Below, piece by piece: positions 1 through 10,427 of a stretch of DNA of 41,795 bases; the first letter of the stretch is position 1, and the number at the start of each line of letters is the position of its first letter. The translations under genes were made by a program, and so were the position numbers. This stretch comes from Chiloscyllium plagiosum (Eukaryota): contig NC_057718.1 of NCBI RefSeq assembly GCF_004010195.1, forward strand, positions 93,215,971-93,257,765, read 5' to 3'. The notes beneath the pieces are model-generated. The model ran no database searches. It saw only the letters and a list, made by a program, of their open reading frames with translations, and was not told the origin of the DNA.

Positions 1-435
1 GGAGTGCGAGACTCTCAGCGATCTTCCTGCCCGGCACAGCACAGGTGCAGTCATGAACAGTGGAGAAGCAGGCTCAACGGTCTACTCCTATTCCTTATTT
101 CTAGACTTTGACAGTGCTGTTTAGAGAAGGATATCCTCTCTCCTTACCTACATGGGGACTCCATGATTGGCTCATACTGTCCAATTGAAATTGCTGAGCA
201 AGCCACTCAGTCCAAGGGCAATGAGAGATGGGCCTTCCCAGTGGTACCCAAATCACATGAATAAAGATTAAAGAAAGAAAAAGGACATTATATGACCCTT
301 GATTCGCATTTTAATTCGGCCTATCACTGATGCCCAACAACAAACTCCGGGTACTTGACTGTCGTCATGGCAATGACTGAAGAGGGCTTTCCTATATTTC
401 CAACCTTTCTCAGGCTGTCTTTGGTCGTTACCATG

Positions 436-550
436 GGTGACAAGACCTGAAATTTCTCCTCACATTTTGTTTGTTGAGCAACATGACTGTAAGGTGACAA
501 GACCTGAAATTTCTCCTCACATTTTGTTTGTTGAGCAACATTGACTGTAA
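436..550. repeat. Near-perfect tandem duplication, 57/58-bp unit
   Basis: ggtgacaagacctgaaatttctcctcacattttgtttgttgagcaaca(t)tgactgtaa at 436-492 and 493-550; the copies differ by a 1-nt indel. Confidence 0.95.
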
Positions 551-667
551 GTGATAAAAAAAAGTCTCATTATTCACTTGTGGTCATGCTAAAAGTGGGT
601 GTGAGCATTTTCGGATTTTAATAAAGGATCAGCTCAGTTTGTTTTATTTTGAGTTGGCACAGCTCAC

Positions 668-685
668 CTCTTTGCACAGCTGCAC
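668..685 (-). other. Candidate 18-nt microexon
   Basis: Minus strand tgtcttctcag|GTGCAGCTGTGCAAAGAG|gtgagc; frame-preserving length, good donor, weak pyrimidine tract. Confidence 0.2.
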
Positions 686-779
686 CTGAGAAGACATTTG
701 GACATCGTATGATGCAAGTCAATAAATTGGAATGGTTTCCTTTTACACCCTTCTCATTCAAAGTCAAGTGATCATAAGC

Positions 780-905
780 TTGGGATTGCTGAGTATTCTG
801 TCTACTAAAATGACAGTGATCATGCAAAGTCCATGAAAGTGACTCATCGTCTGTGAAGAGCTTCGAGGAAATGAAAGGTGCTATCTAAATGCATGGCCTT
901 CCTTC
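780..905 (+). mobile_element. DeuSINE-like 3' fragment
   Basis: Ends ...gtgaagagcttcgagg..gaaaggtgctatctaaatgca; resembles the 3' end of the copy at 36172-36450. Confidence 0.5.
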
Positions 906-929
906 ATGTAAGATCTAAGAGTGGGAGGA

Positions 930-1450
930 GACAATTCCTTGAGGCTGCTCCAGCATTTAATACATTTCTGGTTGATCTCAGCTTAACTCCACTTTTCTGC
1001 CGACAGGTCGTCCTGCTATAACGAGCATTTTGTTAATGCAAATTGGCTGAAATGCAATTGATGAATCAGGGGCACTGTTTCTGAAGCATGAACTTTTAAA
1101 ATGTGTTGTTGGCTGTAACATGATTACATCGGTAACACTTTAAATGCTGTTTCTCACACATGATTTTTCTATAACATGAGAGTGCACAAGAACACAACCA
1201 TCGCATTAGGGAAGAACTGACAGTACGTCCTTTAACCTGTTATTACTTAAAAGTTGGTCCATCTCTTCCTTAAATTTATTCAGTGCCCCAGAGTTCACCA
1301 TACCCTGTTGTCCTGCACCTTTGAGAGAAGTAATTGCTCTTCATCTCTGTTTTAAATCTGCCTCATCTGAAGCGAACACTTCAGTGTCTCTCATTATGTG
1401 CTCTATGTCTATCTCTATGTCTTTGTCAATCCCCTTTGTACCTCCTTATA
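930..1450 (-). mobile_element. Degenerate CR1-type LINE 3' end, interrupted by a MITE
   Basis: ggttgatctcagcttaactccactttt...ttcatctctgttttaaat is the reverse complement of the CR1-type 3' region seen elsewhere in the window. Confidence 0.55.
1004..1223. mobile_element. MITE, Tc1/mariner-pogo (Tigger-like)
   Basis: Left terminus caggtcgtcctgctataacg; degenerate right terminus followed by TA; internal repeats of a ctataac motif; same TIR family as 38044-38273. Confidence 0.6.
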
Positions 1451-1858
1451 GACTGATGGGTATGTGATTTTCCTGCTTGCTTAGAAATACAGAATTTTGC
1501 CACTGATTGCTTTCAAAACTGCAGAATAATTGCAGGAATACTATTATTAGCTTCACATACGGGTACATATTCTGTCAATTGAAAGTTTTTCAGACAGTGC
1601 TAACTTTCTTTGGCTGGCAGGCCTTTCTCAGGAATGTTTTCTGTCCTTAATGATCACTGTTCTAATGCTGAAGAAAGAATAAGGGGTAAAGAAAGTTGAC
1701 AGGAACATTGGATATCACATTAGTTTGATTGCTGGCACCCCATCAATCTGCCACTCATCAGAACTGCAAGACACATGGAGCTACCTGGCCACCAGACAGC
1801 AGGTTTATTGGCTGAGTTACCAGAGACCTTGGCTAACAATCCAGAGACTGTGAGTTCT

Positions 1859-2065
1859 AGTCAAGAGTGCTGGAAAAGCACAGCAGGTCAGGCAGCATCC
1901 GAGGAGCAGGAGAATCACCATTTCGGGCAAGAGGCCTTCATCAGGAAGGGCTCTTGCCTGAAATGTCGATTCTCCTGCTCCTCGGAAGCTTCCTGACCGG
2001 CTGTGTTTTTCCGGCACCCCACTCTCGACTCTGATCTCCAGCATCTGCAGTCCTCACTTTCTCCT
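1859..2065. mobile_element. PLE-derived palindromic element, family B, with degenerate HHRs
   Basis: 1859-1947 is the reverse complement of about 1945-2030; the right arm has an extra 35-nt tail (2031-2065); minus strand reads CTGATGA AGGCCTCTTGCCC GAAATGGT; inserted into a tRNA-SINE remnant. Confidence 0.8.
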
Positions 2066-2179
2066 CTCTATCTCCACCAAGGAAGCTTGAGAATTTGAAT
2101 GCTGTTTGAAGACAATCTCAAAATAAGGAGGTGAAATCAGTAAAAGCGACTGTGAAGCTAATGAGCTGGGGCAGGATTA

Positions 2180-2417
2180 GTGCCTCACACAAAAATGAAG
2201 CAAGAAGTCTTTAAAAAAAGCTCAAGTAACCCTCAAACATAAGTAAATATCCGAATATTATGTATAAGAGAGGCCTTTGGTTTTTCAGGTAGAGTCAAAG
2301 TCCAATGTTTTGTTTGTATACTTGATATGCATCTGTATAGAACCGAACCACATTTGTGACTATGTATATATACAAAGAGATTTTTTACGAATAAAGTATA
2401 TTTTACTTAAAAAAAAT
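2180..2417 (+). mobile_element. Probable LINE (L1/Tx1-like) 3' UTR with poly(A)
   Basis: Ends aataaagtatattttacttaaaaaaaa (poly(A) signal plus A tract). Confidence 0.35.
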
Positions 2418-2848
2418 TCTTCCTCTTGGAAAGAAATGAGTAATCCTTATCTGAGATATCAGGTCGTGCTGGACTGTGAAGTTCTTCATCTTTTGCTTTC
2501 ACAGGCTTTGCATTGTGAATGATGGATTCATTATCATTCTGATGGTAGGTTGGAGTCTGTTGTCTCTCTACTTATGTATTACCCGTGACTTTTACAAGGG
2601 TGTCAGTAGGACTGAAGTTGGTCGTTATTCTTCTCATATCCTTTCACCTCCAAATTATGTTGGTGTAGGTTAGCAATGCCAAAAGTAAGCTCTTTGCCAG
2701 CAGGAGAATTGAACACTAACCAATTACACATTAATGGGATTGAACTGTTCTTCTGTTCAAGGCAGTCTTTAATTTGAGGGAATGCTTATACATTGCTTTT
2801 CCCTTGTACCTTCAGGGGTCCAACAGATCAAATAACACACAGAACACT

Positions 2849-3163
2849 GGAGCAGCATAGTGGCTCAGTGGTTAGCACCCTGCCTCACAGTGCCAGGGAC
2901 CTGGGTTTGATTCCAGCCTTGGGTCACTGTCTGTATAGAGTTTGCACATTCTCCCTGTGTCTGCGTGGGGTTTTCCTCCAGGCCCTCCCACAATTGAAAG
3001 GTGTGCAGTTTAAGCGGTTTGGCCATATTAGCAAAAACACTGCCCATAGTGCCCAGCAATATGCAGGTTAGGTGGCTTAGGCTGGGATAGCCTTTGGAAG
3101 GTTGGTGTGGATTCAATGGGCTGAATGGCCTGCTTCCATTCTGTAGGGGTTTTATGACTCTAA
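2849..3163 (+). mobile_element. HE1-like V-SINE
   Basis: tRNA head (tggctcagtggttag A box; gggtttgattcc B box), gagtttgcacattctccc core, CR1-like tail. Confidence 0.9.
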
Positions 3164-4110
3164 GTCAATGATCACTCTTTGTCAGCTGTATCTAATGTGG
3201 GTTGATTCTGTAGGCAATACCTGTGCGGACCTGAAACTGTGGACCATGACAATCTTGGCAGTGCTGCTCGAATGCCCGGGATCCCACAAGCCTCTAACTG
3301 TCCTTCTGTTTAACCTGAGACTTTGGAATGCTCCACAGACACAGTGTGAGGTATGGATGCCCAAGCTTGTAAGAGGTGACAGAGTTCTGCTCGCTCCAAC
3401 CCATCCTCCTCCATTATATCCAGTGACAGTGGAGCATTGAAAAGAATTTCCGACGGTGTAAACTTGCTGGCTGCAAAATCTAATTGAAACTTTGCGGTTG
3501 CTCTCCCATTCCTGGCACGGGCGTATCTGCCTGAGGTCTAAAGCCTTTCTCATGCATAATTAGTGCCTCACACACATGATGTGTGAAGTTAGTAATTTTC
3601 TTCAATCGCCCTTAGCAAACATTAATCTCTGAATTAACAAGGCGAACAATGCCTAGTCTTATGTGTTCCAATTTACCAAAACAACTTAATGCTAGATCCC
3701 CAGCAGCCGGAATCATGCAAATTGATGCCCTGTATTGCTTCATCATCATCAGTGAGATTCTGCACTCTGACAGGAGTTTTTAAGCGACTGTAACTTCTCA
3801 AGGATGACGTGTAACATATTATTCTGCCTTTCGAAAGCGAAATTCAAGTCTTACTTCACTCCTGTCAAGGAGAGAGTGGTGAATCTGTGGAGTTCTTTAC
3901 CCTGTTAGAGCTGTCTCTTTCAGTGCATTGCAAGGCTGAGGGAGAAAGAGTTTTAACCCGTAATGGAATCGAGGGTTATGCAAAAGGTTGGAAAGTGGAG
4001 TTAAGGATTATCGGGTCAGCCAAGATGTGGAGGAGCCAGTGTTGGACTGATGTGAGCAAAATCAAAAATCACACGACTCCAGGTTATAGTCCAACAGGTT
4101 CATTTGGAAT

Positions 4111-4145
4111 CACTAGCTTTCGGAGCGCTGTTCCTTCATCAGGTG
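4111..4145 (-). ncRNA. Minimal type I hammerhead ribozyme (family A)
   Basis: CAC CTGATGA A GGAAC AGC GCTCC GAAAGCTA GTG; intact core, stem I CAC/GTG, one stem II mismatch. Confidence 0.8.
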
Positions 4146-4538
4146 GTTGTGGAGCAGGACCATAAGACACAGACTTTATAGCAAAAGAGACTTATGGGGT
4201 GAATTTGTATTTGCGGAATTATATTTGCAGATACATTCTATTTTGCTTAAAAAGCACACAATCTGCAGGCAGTCAATCCATGTAATAATTTATGAATTCC
4301 ACTTTGGAAATAGAACCAGTCTGACTCTAGGTCAGGATATAGACAGACTCTAACCTCACACCTTTAAGGCATTGTCTGAGCTGAGATGTTACCTTTTTTT
4401 AATGAAACCTTAAATTATCTCGAGAATGTGACTTAAAAGAAGTCTTGGGATTTACACATTAATGAAACAAAACCTGAAACCCTTTCTAAAAGATAAAAGA
4501 CAACAACAATTTAGGTTTGTTCAATATATTGTATCAGT

Positions 4539-4965
4539 GCTGTGGATCTGTACAAAATCCCATGCAAGGACTGCACAAAACACTATATAGGACAAACAGG
4601 AAGACAGCTAACGATCCGCATCCATGAACATCAACTAGCCACGAAACAACACGACCAGCTATCCCTAGTAGCCACACACGTAGACGACAAGCAACATGAA
4701 TTTGACTGGGACAACACTACCATTATAGAGCAAACCCAATATACCGGCCACTACAGCGGACAGCTGAAACTGACAACCGGAAGCGGCAGGGACAGGCCAC
4801 TATAAATGCCAGAGGAAACACCACAGAAGCACTTCACAGGAGGCTCCCAAGCACTGAGGATGTCACCTAGACAGGGGACGAAAGGTTTGCAACAAAAACT
4901 TCCAGCTCGGCGAACAGAACCACAGCAACGAGCACCCGAGCTACAAATCTTCTCACAAACTTTGA
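4539..4965 (+). mobile_element. 5'-truncated Penelope/Poseidon-type PLE (family D), GIY-YIG fragment
   Basis: YKIPCKDCTKHYIGQTGRQLTIRIHEH...HEFDWDNTTII; 13-bp TSD atattgtatcagt at 4526-4538 and 4966-4978; internal deletion. Confidence 0.9.
4851..4890 (+). ncRNA. Minimal type I hammerhead (family D), stem III palindrome mutated
   Basis: GCA CTGAGGA T GTCACCT AGAC AGGGGAC GAAAGGTT TGC. Confidence 0.7.
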
Positions 4966-5036
4966 ATATTGTATCAGTTGCATGACACAGTAATCTTCTG
5001 CTAGAAATTCTGTGTCTTATGATCCTGCTGTACAGC

Positions 5037-5071
5037 TACCTGATGAAGGAACAGTGCTCCGAAAGCTAGTG
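5037..5071 (+). ncRNA. Minimal type I hammerhead (family A)
   Basis: TAC CTGATGA A GGAAC AGT GCTCC GAAAGCTA GTG. Confidence 0.75.
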
Positions 5072-6077
5072 GATGATAACCTGGCGTTGTGTGATTTTTA
5101 ACCAGGTCAGCCATCTTCTCATTGAATGGGGGAGCAGGCTCGATGAGCAGAATGGCCTACTTCAACTTCTACATCTTTATGATTTGAAACCAACTGAGGT
5201 TAAAACCCAGAGAATGGATCTAGAGACAGACGAGGAGATGAGTGAGATGGGAAAATAGTGTGAAGAACATAGGAACATTAATTGGGCTTATTTTACCATT
5301 GCTGAGTCCAGATGGTGACTTTCCACCAGTGCAGAACATGCATTTTTCATCTTGTGACGGCGCATGTGAAATCCACCACCACTAGGTCAGTTCCAAAGCC
5401 ACAAGCAAGGCACTGTACTCTCACACTGACAATTCAATGTGGTTCCTCTCTGAAGTCGAATCCTGGTATTGCTGGACAGGGGGTTGACAGAGCAGGAAAG
5501 TGTTTTCACCAGGCATGCCTGCGGTGGACACCATTAGAAATTCAAAGGGAACTTTGGAGAAGGATTTGAAGCAGAGGAAATCACAGGCAGCTGGTGAGGG
5601 AGCAGGGTAATGGGATTGGTTCTGGATTTCAAAACGGGATTTCCTTGTAGCCAGGCCCATTTCACAACAAAAAAAGGATGATGCTTTCTCTGGATATTTC
5701 TGCAAGTTAGGACTTGGTCTGAGGATTTTTGGAGCCACTCGGATTTCTGAGAGTAGGAAAATGAGAAAAATATCCTTAAAGGGCTCAATCCCCATGAGAT
5801 AATAAAGGCACGGTTTCTGGTTCTGATCATAGAGAGAAAAGGGAAAAGCAACAATGTTTATAAATGAATCCCTTAGACATGAACATCACCACAATTGTTC
5901 TTTTCCCCTGCTTTCAATGGAAGTGGAAGAGAGTAAAGGATCAATTTTAAATATGTCTACCCGATAGGAAGTGTGTAAATGAGCATATGGCGGGGAAGTG
6001 GTCATGTGTTGGTGGGGGATGGGGCTATCAGGCAGTGCTTGGGTATAATAGAGATGAGGAGAAACCATTGCCTGTAA

Positions 6078-6552
6078 TACACACACAAACACACACGCGC
6101 ACCCACACATACGCACACACACATCTCTGTCTCACATACAGACTCTCTCTACACACCCTCTCTCATATATACTCTCACACTCTCTCACACACACTCTCTC
6201 TCACACATTCTCTCTCTTATATACACTCTTTCTTACACACACACTCTCTCACATACACTCACTCTCACATAACACATTCTCTTACATACACTCTCTTTCT
6301 TACACACACACTCTTTCTCACATGCACATTCTCTCTCACATACACTCTCTCACACACACTTAGTCTCACATATACATTCTCTCTCACACACACCCTTACG
6401 GACACTCTCTCTTACACACACACTCTCTCACATACATTCTCACAGACACACATATTCTCTCTCTCACACATTCTCACACACACTTTCTCTCTCACTTACA
6501 CTTTCTCTCTCTTACACACACACGCATATACACACACACACACACACACACA
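6078..6552. repeat. Compound (CA)n/(CT)n microsatellite
   Basis: About 475 bp of alternating CA and CT runs; explains the H/T/L/S-rich ORF at 5987-6556. Confidence 0.95.
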
Positions 6553-6579
6553 ATAATCTAATAAAAAAGACAGAAAATC

Positions 6580-6930
6580 TTGATAAGGACAGTTGTGGAG
6601 AAAATGTTTACCTTAGTGTGGAGTTGAGAACAGTGGAGTACAGTTGTGGATTAAAGGACTGGTCATTTAGGACTGAAATGAGGAGACATTTCTTCCCTAA
6701 TAGAGTTGTGAATTTTTGGAATTCTCTGCCCCAAATGTCAGTGGGTACTCAGTTAGTAACTACATTCAAAGCAGAAGTCAATAGATTTCTAAGCATAAAG
6801 GGGAATGAGGAGAATTGGGCATAATGTAAGAAGGTGGAATTGAGGTAGAAAATCGGCCATGATTTTATTGACTGGTTTAGCAGGCATGAAAACAAATGGT
6901 CTCCTCTGGTTCCTTATCTTATGGCCGTAT
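6580..6930 (+). mobile_element. CR1-type LINE 3' fragment
   Basis: FRTEMRRHFFPNRVVNFWNSLPQ...FKAEVNRFL is the typical CR1 ORF2 C-terminus. Confidence 0.85.
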
Positions 6931-7444
6931 GCTTCCTTTGTTTCATGTCTGTGGCCTACAGTCAGACAGTTTCATCCTTCTACTGGCTGAGCAGAGGGAT
7001 ATTCTGTCTAGTTTTGCGCAACTGGAATTTCAATTTAGGTTCCGGAGCTAAAATCTGTGGACCGGGAGGATCCCTTTCTGCTTCAGCTGCTACTTCCCTT
7101 GTTACTCTGTCCTGAGTTACAACTAGAGCCGAAATAATTCCAATGATCCAGGCATTGTCTACATAATCTACAAAATCTTCAAGGCATTCATTACTGATCT
7201 CATGGCAAAGTCCACCAAGGTGTACTTACTTTCTGTGTGTGACTTCTAACAATATTTTCAGGAACTCCCATTTTGCCTAATAATAGCTTTTAAACATACT
7301 TGAGATCTCACCCTCTCTGTCTAAATCCATATCAGATTGTTATCTGTTTAGCATTGGACAGTGGAGGGTTGCGTTTTCTGAACCTATTAACGAGATTAGA
7401 ATAAGGAGATACCTTCATTGGGCTAGGAAGTTGTTTTGATTATA

Positions 7445-8250
7445 TTGATTGTATATTGATTGATTGATTGATTGTCACGTGTACTGAGGTACAGTGAAAA
7501 CTGGTTAACACTGCTGCTTCACAGCGTCAGGACCCGGATTCGCTTCTACCCTCAGGCGACTGCCAGCGTGGAGTTTGCACATTCTCCCCATGTCTGCATG
7601 GGTTTCCTTCGGGTGCTCCGGTTTCCTCCCACAATCCAAAGATGTGCAGGTTAGGTGGATTGGCTGTGCTAAATTGCCCATAGTGTCCTGGGATGTGCAG
7701 GCTAGGTGGATTAGCCATGGGAAATGCAGGGTTATATGATGGGGGGAGGGGGGGAGGTGTGTTGGATCTGGGTGGGATGCTCTTCAGAGGGTCAGTGTGG
7801 ACTTGATGGGTCAAATGGCCTGTTACCACACTGTAGAAATTCTAAGATTTTTGACGATTTCTATGAAAAGCTTTGTTTATGAGCAATAACAAGCAGATCA
7901 TAGTAAGCAAGGGTGTACAGATCAAAAAGACTTGGGCAGAGGCACATAGCTTACATTGAACAGGCCGTGCCCTAACGAGATCAGCTTAGGCAATTCAGCA
8001 TTATTCAAGGCTAGAAGCCCATTCATCACTCTAATAACAGCTGGGAAGAAGCTGTTCCTGAACCTGCTAGTGTGTGCGTGTTTAGGCTTCTGTATCTTCT
8101 GCCTGACGGAAGCAGTTATAGGAGAGCATTAACTGGGTGTGTTGGGTCTTTGATGATGTTGACAGCTTTTCTGCGGCAGAAAGCTGTATAAATGGAGTCC
8201 ACGGATAGAAGATTGGCTTCCGTGATGGTCAGGGCTGTGTACATCACAGT
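7445..8250 (-). mobile_element. Rex1/Babar-type LINE 3' fragment containing an HE1 insertion
   Basis: Minus strand encodes LPSGRRYRSLNT...RFRNSFFP; (TCAA)n-like tail at 7445-7475. Confidence 0.75.
7502..7864 (+). mobile_element. HE1-like V-SINE
   Basis: ggttaacactgctgcttcacagcgtcagggacc...gagtttgcacattctcccc; tgaaaa occurs on both flanks. Confidence 0.9.
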
Positions 8251-8277
8251 AGGTAGTTAGCAACAAAGAGCAAATAA

Positions 8278-8795
8278 CAAAGAAATATTTACATTTATTC
8301 AGGGCTATTCACAGCCTCAAGGCACCTCAAAGCACCTTTGAGATAATTAAATGTTTTTAAAATATAATTATAATATCGGAAAAGAGGCAGCCAATTTACT
8401 TCTGGCAAGATTCCTCAAACTCGGTGCTTTGATTGTGTGATATTGGTTGAAACGCAAATATTAGGCATAGTTCAAGGTAAAAACTCATCTGTTCTTCAAA
8501 ATAGGCCCTCCAGATCTTGCACGTTCACCTGAGAGGGTCATAGGAGAAAATGAGGCCTGTGGATCAGAGGCAAAAAGTGTGGTGCTGGAAAAGCACAACT
8601 GGTCAGGCAGCATCTGAGGAGAGCCGACGTTTCAGGCATAAGCCCTTTGTCAGAGAGTATATAGGCCACTGCTTCATCTATTGTCTGAAAGTTAGCACCT
8701 TTAACGGTGCAGCATTCCCTCAGTACTACCAGCTTGGACATAATATTTGGGTCTTAAGGGAATTGTGAACCTGCAATCTTTCAATTGAATGGACT
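8278..8795 (-). mobile_element. DeuSINE-like element interrupted by a family B PLE
   Basis: Reverse complement contains ccctctcaggtgaacg...ctattttgaagaacag...aaattggctgcc, a Deu-domain-like core. Confidence 0.65.
8541..8655 (-). mobile_element. Family B PLE-derived mini-element with degenerate HHR
   Basis: Minus strand CTGACAA AGGGCTTATGCCT GAAACGTC; body and tail match 1945-2065. Confidence 0.75.
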
Positions 8796-8829
8796 GGTGG
8801 AGAAGGGTGAAAAGGTTTATTTGTGTTGG

Positions 8830-9950
8830 AAAGGAAAGGACTGATTAGGGATAGTCAGCATGGCTTTGTGTCTCACTAACTTGATTGAGTTTTTCTGAAG
8901 GCGTGACAAAGAAGATTGATGAAGGCAGAGTGGTAGATGTTATCTATATGGACTTCAGTAAAGCCTTGGAGGAGGTTCCACATGGTAGCTTGATTCGTAA
9001 GATTAGATTACATGGGATCCAGGGGGAGCTAACCAATTGGATACAAGATTGGCTTGAAGGTAGGAGATAGAGGGTGGTGGTGGGAGGATAAGTTTTTGGA
9101 CTGGAGGCCTGTGACAAGTGGTGTGCTGCAAAGATTTACAAGGATGTTGCTGGCACTGGAGGGTTTGAGTTATCAGGAGAAACTGAATAGCTGGGGCATT
9201 TTTCCCTGGAGTGTCAGACGCTGAGGGGTGACCTTATAGTGGTTTATAAAATCATGAGGGTTGCAGATAGGATGAACAGCCAAAGTCTTTTTTCTAGGGA
9301 AGGAGAGTCCAAAAGTAGAGGGCATAGATTTAAGGTGAGGGGAATAAAATTTAAAATGGACCTGAGAGATACGTTTTTCATGCAAATGGGTAGAATGAAC
9401 TTCCAAACGAAGTGGTGGAGGCTGGTACATTTAAAAGGCATCTGGATTTTTTTACATTCATTCATGGGATGAGGACATCACTGGCTAGTCCAGGCATTTA
9501 TTGCCTATCCCTAATTGGCCAGGAGACAGTTAAGTGTCAACCACATTGCTGTGGATCTGGAGTCACATGTAGGCCAGGCCAGGTAAGGATGACAGTTTCC
9601 TTCACTTAAGGACATTAGTGAACCAGATGGGTTTTTCCAACAATTGACAATGGATTTATAGTCATTGGTAGATGACGAACTCCAGATTTTTGTTGAGTTC
9701 AAATTCCACCATCTGCCATGGCAGGATTTGAACCTGGGCCCCCAGAACGTGACCTGGGTCTCTGGATTAACAGTCCAGTGATAATACCACTAGGCCATCA
9801 CCTCCCCCTCATGAGTATATGAATAGAAAGAGTTTAGAGGGATATGGCCCAAATGCTGGTAAATGGGACTAAGTCAAATTGGGATGTCTGGTCAGCACCG
9901 ATGAATAGGACCAAAGGGTCTGTTTCTGTGCTGTATAACTCTAAGACTAT
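8830..9950 (+). mobile_element. CR1 LINE (HER1-like) RT and 3' end, internally deleted
   Basis: VTKKIDEGRVVDVIYMDFSKA..VPHGSL RT motif; SRGHRFKVRG C-terminus; tail gggtctgtttctgtgctgta. Confidence 0.9.
9446..9808 (-). mobile_element. tRNA-headed SINE with L2-like tail
   Basis: Minus strand ggggaggtgatggcctagtgg...ggttcaaatcc head; tail caattagggataggcaataaatg...cccatgaatgaat is shared with the LINE end at 23861-23935. Confidence 0.8.
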
Positions 9951-10267
9951 GTGTTAACACTACTTCACAACCACAACTGTGTAACTGAAGGTCACTGCTT
10001 CCATCCAGCATCAGGTTTGGAAGATGGGAAGAGGTCGAAGGCTGGTCTTACATTTTTCTGTTAAAGGTTTGGTTTTACCAAGCCTCAGTCATTGTCATTG
10101 AATTACTCTTGGCACAATTGCTTTCCCTGGCTTCTTCAGTTCTCAACCTGAATCTCTCTTTAATTTTTGCAAATATTCTGACGTTATCTTCAGACATCCG
10201 CTCAGATTTATGCCTGCGTGCTAACCTCTGTTTGACTAAAGGAGAGTTTTTGTAAGTAAACACTCAC

Positions 10268-10427
10268 TTTCTTCGCTCTTCCAAGGAGCTGCTGCATGCC
10301 AGCGCTTGGCACAGTGGGTGCCCTGGTAGGCACAGTGCGAGGACAGATATTGTAGACAATGGCATCTCAGCAGCAGCACTGACCCCGTCCCAGCTAACAG
10401 TGAACAGCACAATGCTAGAGCTAACCC
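10268..10427 (-). other. Candidate 160-nt exon of an unidentified gene
   Basis: Unique GC-richer sequence bounded by gtgttgcttttag|GGG and GAAA|gtgagt; two frames open throughout, and the third contains ATG MQQLLGRAKK. Confidence 0.5.

Larger units (their letters stand above)
4023..5102. mobile_element. PLE-derived inverted-arm element, family A
   Basis: Left arm 4023-4188 is inverted against the right arm ending at 5102; TSD c[g/a]ggtcagcca at 4012-4022 and 5103-5113; one HHR in each arm. Confidence 0.85.
3877..5182 (+). mobile_element. CR1-type LINE 3' end split by nested PLE insertions
   Basis: gtggtgaatctgtgg...gaaagtggagtt...ggtcagcca|tcttctcattgaatgg..gcaggctcga..aatggcctact is continuous once 4023-5113 (insert plus one TSD copy) is removed. 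Confidence 0.75.

Noticed and set aside
376..400. CTGAAGA-GGGCTTTCC as a hammerhead
   Set aside because: No downstream GAAA, stem III or stem I partner
361..441. Two RFX X-box-like motifs (gtcgtcatggcaat; gttaccatgggtgac)
   Set aside because: 1-2 mismatches each and no supporting promoter evidence
2505..2544. Plus-strand 40-nt exon (ttttgctttcacag|...ATG|gtaggt)
   Set aside because: Isolated, no recognisable peptide, opposite strand to the other candidates; compatible with chance
5987..6556. 189-aa ORF
   Set aside because: Translation of a CA/CT microsatellite
10075..10263. 62-aa charged minus-strand ORF
   Set aside because: Starts at GTG directly after a stop and lies just inside the predicted intron; no homology recognised
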